A stretch of 64,000 bases of DNA from Glaucostegus cemiculus. Lineage: Eukaryota. Within the stretch, counting starts at the first letter, position 1; the number at the start of each line of letters is the position of its first letter. Shown in pieces: positions 57,460-64,000 of the stretch. The DNA is taken from NCBI GenBank assembly GCA_976551045.1, contig CDPCPM010000281.1, forward strand, positions 1,674,001 through 1,738,000, read 5' to 3'. The notes under the pieces are model-generated. The model made no database searches. It saw only the letters and a list, made by a program, of their open reading frames with translations, and had not been told where the DNA came from. The position numbers and the translations under genes were made by a program.

Positions 57460-57800
57460 AAATGGGTATTTTTGGCGGTGCTGATTCCTCAGAACTTGGG
57501 CTGCCTGGGTTTGATCCTGACCTCAGGTACTGTGTGTGGAGCTTACACATTCTCCCAATAACTGCATGGCTTTCACCAATTACTCTGGCTTCCTCCCACA
57601 TCCCACTGACATGCAGGTGGATTAATCCCCAAATGTAAATTATCCCTTGATGTGGATAAATGGCAATAACCAAGTGGTGGTGTTCAGTATGCAAGAGAGA
57701 ATAAGCTGCAGGGCCATGAGGGGAAAAAACGGGAATAGGACTAATGGGATGATCCTGCAGGGAACCAGCATGGACTCAATGGGCTGAATGGCCTCCTAAA
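57460..57800 (+). mobile_element. HE1/V-SINE-like element
   Basis: B box GGTTTGATCC, V-domain (TGTGTGGAGCTT..CATTCTCCC..GGCTTCCTCCCACATCCC) and a CR1-type tail GGGCTGAATGGCCTCCT. Confidence 0.75.
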
Positions 57801-57979
57801 CTTAATGAATAAAACAGGAAGCTATATTTAAAACAAAATATATTTATAACTTCTAATCCAAGTTTACTTGCTTTTATCAAAGCTAATTTCCACACAGTCT
57901 GCTCTCAATTACCAGCATAGTTGAGTGCTATTGAGCAGTACTTACCAAAAACCTGTTCACCCGTGCCTAGCTCGGGTTT

Positions 57980-59080
57980 GTCAGGAGCACTCGGCTTCCG
58001 ACTGGTTTACAGTCATGATGCTGATGTGGACCAAAGAGCTAAATTCTAGTGATATTATCAAGGATAGTTATTCTCAGCTCACTGCAGCATTTAACTGGGA
58101 TTTAACTCATTGCAGCATCAAGGCACCCTGAAAAACTGAAAATCAATGAGCAAAGGAAAAATGCTCCAGTGGTTGGAGTCATACCTTGCACAAAGGAAGA
58201 TGACTGTGGTTGTTGGAGGTCAATTATCTTGGTGCTAGGCTATCACTGCAGGAGTTCCAACCACCTACTGCTTCATCAATTGCTTTCCTTCCACTGTAAA
58301 GGCCAGAAGTAGAAACTTCACTGATTGTGCCATGTTCAATTCCATTTGCAACAACTGAAGCAGTTCATGCCTGCAGGCAGTATGACCAAGGCAACATTCA
58401 GGCAAGAGCTGATACATGGGCAAAAAGCATATAATATTCAAACTACAAAGTGCTAGGCAATGACCATCTCCAAGAACAGCATTCTAATCATCTAAATTTA
58501 ACATTTAATAGTAATACCATTGCAGAGTCCCACCATCAACAAACTGGGAAGTCAAACAAAACTCAAAATGGACCCGTCACATGAACCTGCCTTTTTGTGA
58601 CCACAGTGTTCAAGTCAGCACCATGATGGAATACTCCTCACATGCCTGGATGAGTGCAGCTCAAACAAATCTCCAGGAAGCTTGACACCATCAAGGTCAA
58701 AGCAGCATACTTGATTGACACTAGATCAACCCCAAAACATCCCTTCCCTCCATCATTGGCACACCACGGCTACAATGGGTATTACCTCCAAAATGCACTT
58801 AATCACCCAGGCACCTCCTAAACCTACAACCTTTACTACCAAGGAGTACAGGGGTAGTACATGGTTCCACTAGCACCTGCAGCTTCCCCTCTATCCTAAC
58901 CTGGAAATGTGTCACTGTTCCTTCATTGACTCCAAATCTTAAAACTGCCTACCCAACAGCATTGTGGGAGCATCTTCATCAGGACTACAGTGCTTCAAGA
59001 AGGCAGCACACCACCACCTTCTCCAGGGCATTTAGGGATGGGCAATAAATGTTGGTCTTGCCACTGATGTCTTCAAAATG
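57980..59080 (+). mobile_element. Decayed LINE (RT to 3' end), same family as 2690-5780
   Basis: DIKAAF, LQWLESYL..RKM.VVVGG and AGVP remnants, then the tail CACCACCTTCTCCAGGGCATTTAGGGATGGGCAATAAATG. Confidence 0.75.
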
Positions 59081-59644
59081 TTCAACAATTTCAATACAAA
59101 TGAAACATTCTAGAGTTGATGGGCACCTAACACCACAATAGTTATGTAATGTTACACGCCAATGCAGAATAAGCACTTTGTAAACATTTACTAACATGTA
59201 AATACATAAATTTAACCTATTTTGTTGTCAAAAATATTTTATACTAGGTTTGTAAATGCTCTTCTTGTTGCTTTATCTTGAAGCACATGCACCTTCATCT
59301 TCTGTCTTTTTTTAATTATTATGCCAAAAAGGCTTAGAGGAAGGAGTATCATGACCATCTTTCTCTACTGCCAAACATGATTAAGCAAATCAATGGCACG
59401 TTTGAGAGCCACCACATCTAATAATGGTAGGAATGGTATCCAATGTTTTTTCTTCCTCTAGGCAAGAATATTTATCCACTCAGCAGATTCCTGCACTGAG
59501 ATCACAAACTCAGCCAAATGCAGACTTGGTCCTGCCTTTTTTCACACTATTGCTCAAATATATGATTATTCATAAAACTAAGTTCAAATACCATCTAAAA
59601 TATAAGTATCATTTACAATTACCTTTATATCTTTTCCTATAATG

Positions 59645-59995
59645 ATACAGGAGGCAGCCATTCAATCAGGTCTATGCATCTCCCAGGGAAGCAATCCCAT
59701 TAGTCTCACTTCCCTGCTCCTTATTTCCTTGTATCGCTACAACTTATTCTCTCTCACACAAGCCCATCAACTCCCCTTTGATATTTTTTGCCATTGACCC
59801 TTTGGCTTATTATCCTTGGGGATAATTCACAGTAGCCAATGCTACTATAAGTAGACACGCCATTGGGAAATGGGAGGAAACCTGAGAAAATTTGGGGGAA
59901 ATCCACACAATCAAGTGAAAACATGCAAACTCCACACAGACAAGCATCCAGGTCTCCAGAGCTGTGAGGCAGTAGCACTAACTGTTGCACCACTT
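59645..59995 (-). mobile_element. HE1/V-SINE-like element
   Basis: The minus strand reads GTGGTGCAACAGTTAGTGCTACTGCCTCACAGCTC..TCTGTGTGGAGTTTGCATGTT..GGTTTCCTCCCA. Confidence 0.8.
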
Positions 59996-60254
59996 CACCA
60001 TCTAGTATTGAAATGTTAAGCCAGAATCATGAAATTATGATTTAAAGGGGATCTGCTTTTCACAGAGAGGGTGGTATCGGTTTATTATTGTCACCTGTAC
60101 CGAGGTAGGATTATAAAAAATTTTGTATATAAATTACCTTTCTCCCCCATTCTGACAAGAATTTCCAGATGATTCTTTCAGTAGAATAATACAGCACATC
60201 AATAAACTAAAACCAATATTTGATCCATTAGTTGATTCCTGATAAAGCGGTAGA

Positions 60255-61010
60255 TTCATAGTGTTACACAGCATGGAAACAGACCCTTCAGCTGAACTTG
60301 TCCACGCTGACCGAGATGCCTACCTCATCCCATTTGCATTTGGCTCATATCCCTCTAAGCCTTTCTTATCTATGTACCTGTCCAAATGTTTTTTTTTAAA
60401 TGTAACTGTACCTGCCTCTACTACCTACTCAGGTGGCTCATTCCATACACCCACCACTGTGATAAGACTATTGAACGGTTCCCTTATACAATGAAATGGA
60501 CTCTGACCTCACAATCTACCTTGCTGTGACCTTGTACCTTTTTGCACCGCACCTTGTCTGTAGCTGTGACACTTTACTCTGTACTGTTATTGCTTTTACC
60601 TGTACTACCTCAATGCACTCTGTACTAACTGCACTGTGTAATGAATTGACCTGTACGATCGGTTTGCAAGACAAGTTTTTCACTGTACCTTGGTACAGGT
60701 GACAATAATAAACCAATACCAACACCACCCTCTGTGTGAAAAGCAGATCCCCTTTAAATCTTTCCCCTCTCACCTTAAACTTATGCCCCCTAGTTTTAGA
60801 TTCTCTTACACTGGGGGAAAAAAACCTGTGACTACCTACCCTATTCATTCCCCTCATAATTTTACAAACCTCTATAAGGTCACTCCTCAGCCTCCTTCTC
60901 TCAAGGGGAAACAATACCAACCTATCTAATCTTTACTTACAACTCAAGCCCTCCAGTCCAGGCAACATCCTTGTGAATGTTTTCTCTACACCCTCTAGCT
61001 TACAAACATC
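60255..61010 (-). mobile_element. CR1 LINE 3' fragment with a nested Rex1-type 3' end (60458-60722, + strand)
   Basis: ORF 60516..60920 LERRRLRSDLIEVCK..TRGHKFKVRGERFKGD..FTQRVV breaks at the insert. CACCAC lies on both sides (60452-60457 and 60723-60728). Confidence 0.88.
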
Positions 61011-61324
61011 ATGTGTGAAAGTCAACATCTTTGTGATAAGACTAAAAGCAAAAAAAACTGCAGATGCTACCAATGTGAAATAAAAACATAATATGATGGA
61101 AATACTCAACATGTCAATGACATCCACATTCTGGGAATGAATAAAACAAAAAGCTAAGATCAGATAATTTGGACCTGGAATCTTATACGTTTACCCTTTC
61201 CAAAGATACTAAATTTAGGCATTCAGTCCATTATTGTCTTTTAGGAGATGTTGCCCAGTTTTCTGCCATTATTTTCTGGATGCTGGAGGTAGGAAAAATG
61301 CACTTGTATTACCAAACAAAAATG

Positions 61325-61422
61325 CTGCATTAGAAACAGAAAATGCTGAAAATACTAAGCAAGCCTGGCAACATATGCAGAGAGACATAGTTAATATTTC
61401 AGGTCCATAACCTACCATCAGC
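61325..61422. mobile_element. Penelope-like terminal-repeat fragment
   Basis: AACAGAAAATGCTGAAAATACT..GGCAACAT..GTTAATATTTCAGGTCC..ACCTACCATCAG. Confidence 0.6.
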
Positions 61423-62619
61423 TGCAAAGCATATTAAACTGAATGGATGCGTTACATCTGGCACATATGGAACAGTTCCTGTGATTCCAGAAATGTATTG
61501 TAAATGTAAACTTAAATGAAGAATTTTCTTCTAAATTATCACTGTATTTATGTGACATGGTGCAAAGTTTTCGCAACAAAGTTTGCTGAATTATAGAATG
61601 TAGGATCCAAGTTAGTCCCTGAACTATAGAGTTACAAATCTCAGTTACGTTGCTAGAAAAAAAAGAGCAAAGGCCAAGATCATTTACTTGGATGGAGAAT
61701 CATTAAAAAAAGAAGTCAGTCCTTAATTTTTATTGTTTTTTTCCCGGCTGGCTGTAGATCCTTCATAGTCCAGGTACGAAGGACGAACTAAGAAAAACTG
61801 TGATGGATGAGAAAAGTTTGCTTTAAAAATAACTCAACCAACTTCCTTTTATTGGGATTGACAAAGATTCTAATAATTACAATGCTCATTTTATTGTAGG
61901 AAGGAGCTGATGGTAACTAGGTGCTGCTGCTGTGAACTGACATCTTTTTGATACTGATGTCACAATGCGACATAAATTACAAAACACCAAATTGGGCACG
62001 TTCCGATCACAGAAAACTGCATCACAGAATGACTCCCAGCAACCTTCTAGGCAGAGTTAGCAATTTTACTCTGCAACACTTCATTATATGTATGTTAATG
62101 TTACGGTTCAACAGAAAAGTTGTTTATGTGGACCATTATTCCAAATGTTTTGAGTTTCACATTTTCTGATTAGTGTCCTGTCACCTTTTGATGTTCCCTT
62201 CCACCCAAACCCCAGGCAGTTCTATTTTTGATTCAGTTTCATCCCAGCAAGTCACAGCAGTTCGAAAGTAGAAGCAACAAACCGTACACTCGGGCATACA
62301 GCTGCAAGGTATATTTTTGCATTAAGTCCAGTATAGGGCTTCCATAAGGGTTGATAAAAATTTAAACTGGCCTGAGGTGCAGTTTTGTCTTAAGATTTTA
62401 AACTGATGGAGCCAAGGAGGCAAAGAAATCCTACAGTGACAATGTTCAATCCAGTAAACCCAATTATCTTGCTGTTCTCACTCTATACTTATGGATACTT
62501 GCATGCAAAACTCTGTTCTGGACCTTGAGTACAGTTAGCACCTTAATCATCAGGATCCATGTTACATTACAAAATAAGTGCTATTTTGAAGATAGATTTT
62601 TTTTTAAGAACAGGTTGAA

Positions 62620-62930
62620 GAATCCTGATGAAAGATTCCATGTTCTCTTCTTCTTAGGGATAGTGAATGATTTGTTTCCACTCTGGTTTTAATCAGCTCT
62701 GGGTGATCAATGAGGTCAACATGAGAACCACAGACTCTCCAACAGATGGAGCAGGTGTGGTGTTCCTCCTGCTGCACATGTACAGCTTTAATGTGCTCCT
62801 GATACATGGGCTTGAGCATTCAGGGTGGGATTGAGAACCTCCTCTGGGATGTTGCATTTTTTTAAGGAGGTTTTGAGCACATCATTGAACCTTAGTAACC
62901 TCTGCCCAAGGCAGAGCCATACTCTAATAA
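62620..62930 (-). mobile_element. Decayed RTE-clade LINE 3' end
   Basis: RFNDVLKTSLKKCN and the C-terminal Zn motif CSICWRVCGSHVDLIDH (ORF 62604..62819). Confidence 0.7.
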
Positions 62931-64000
62931 TTCCCTGTGAGGATGAGCGGGATAAAATTTCCTAGTCACTCTAAACAAAATGATCTTAAACATTGACTGG
63001 CTGCTTTTTCTCTCCACGTTATCAGGAACCTTCATAACTTCAAACCTCTCTCAGATTACAAATAACCAGAGATGGTAAAGAAAATAAAGACCCTTACTTT
63101 CTCGGATCCCCTTTCATAACTAATGCCTCTGTCCAAAATAAAGATGGATCACTATTGTTCCCATTCTGATGCTTCCTGAAATAATTAACCTAAAACTGAA
63201 TGCACTATTGATTTGTGCAGCAATAAAAAAAATGTCGAGTCTAGTAAACATACGACTTAAAAAGGGGTTCCTCATTTATAGTGTCCCAAGTTATCATAAC
63301 TAATGAGAAAATGCTCTCTTGTAATCGTGAAAAAAAATCCAATGTGCAAGATTCTTATTTTTTGTTGCTTTAAGTATGTGAATAACAGAGAAAAGCCTAG
63401 AAAATTATTTCTTTTTTGCCAGGAAAATGGCCTTAGTCAGACTTACATGTTAAAAGAGAACAATAATCCATTAGGCAAGTTACATAAACTTAAATTGTAA
63501 AGGGAGTTACTTAAGTGTGCCTTTCATTTTCCTCTTACTGAGTAATTCTATAGTTCTAAGTTAGCAACATAACAGCCAGTTGTTGTGTAGGTTCTCCATT
63601 TCCATTATGAATGGAGGCAAGTAGGCAACATAATGGAAGAGTGCATAATTCACCATTCATGTGATCACAAAAGGAGTATTATTTAAGTCCTTAGTCATGC
63701 ACGACAAAAACATTTTTCTTTGCTTTCAAAGATATATTTGAACCGACAATAAAAAAATCAGTGATCAATCACATGCACATTTCTGCATTACAAAGAGCCA
63801 ATTATTTTATATTCTAGAGGTAATTTTCCACCACTGTGAGCTTCTAATTAAGAAATCATACATTTACTTGGCTGCTTTCTAATTAACCTGACTACCCGCT
63901 TAAGAACAATTAGCTTCTAATTGACTCTGCAATTAGACCTTACGATCTTGAAGGGACACAAAGGTAAACAATGTTTAATTTTTAGCAGGAGATTAACATA

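Noticed and set aside
975-63500. The many 60-130 aa ORFs in the track
   Set aside because: Mostly non-ATG starts in AT-rich introns, antisense shadows of exons, or frameshifted LINE pieces.
55000-64000. Exons of a neighbouring gene (such as PIPOX) or a TIAF1-like ORF
   Set aside because: No recognisable coding sequence on either strand. The ORFs there are TE-derived or random.

Overview
Eukaryotic, AT-rich vertebrate genomic DNA. The repeat families (CR1/HER1-type LINEs, HE1/V-SINEs, Penelope, Rex1) point to a cartilaginous fish (shark or ray). The window holds the 3' half of MYO18A (unconventional myosin XVIIIa) on the + strand. I traced 22 coding exons with GT-AG boundaries and consistent phases, running from the motor end and IQ motif through the coiled-coil tail. 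They include a 45-nt cassette exon and two alternative last exons: a ~1.39-kb Ser/Lys-rich gamma-type exon ending YLYRPESD and the alpha/beta exon ending ...IVESNA. The introns and downstream DNA carry retroelement relics, some nested with visible target-site duplications (TSDs), and a pair of MITE-like DNA elements. Almost all short ORFs in the track are spurious or TE debris. I found no convincing new multi-gene system. The best oddities are a 142-bp ungapped inverted repeat in the alternatively spliced region, hammerhead-ribozyme-like cores in Penelope remnants, a perfect 19-bp intronic hairpin, and several short local templated duplications. Family names come from recalled motifs, not database searches, and TE boundaries are approximate.
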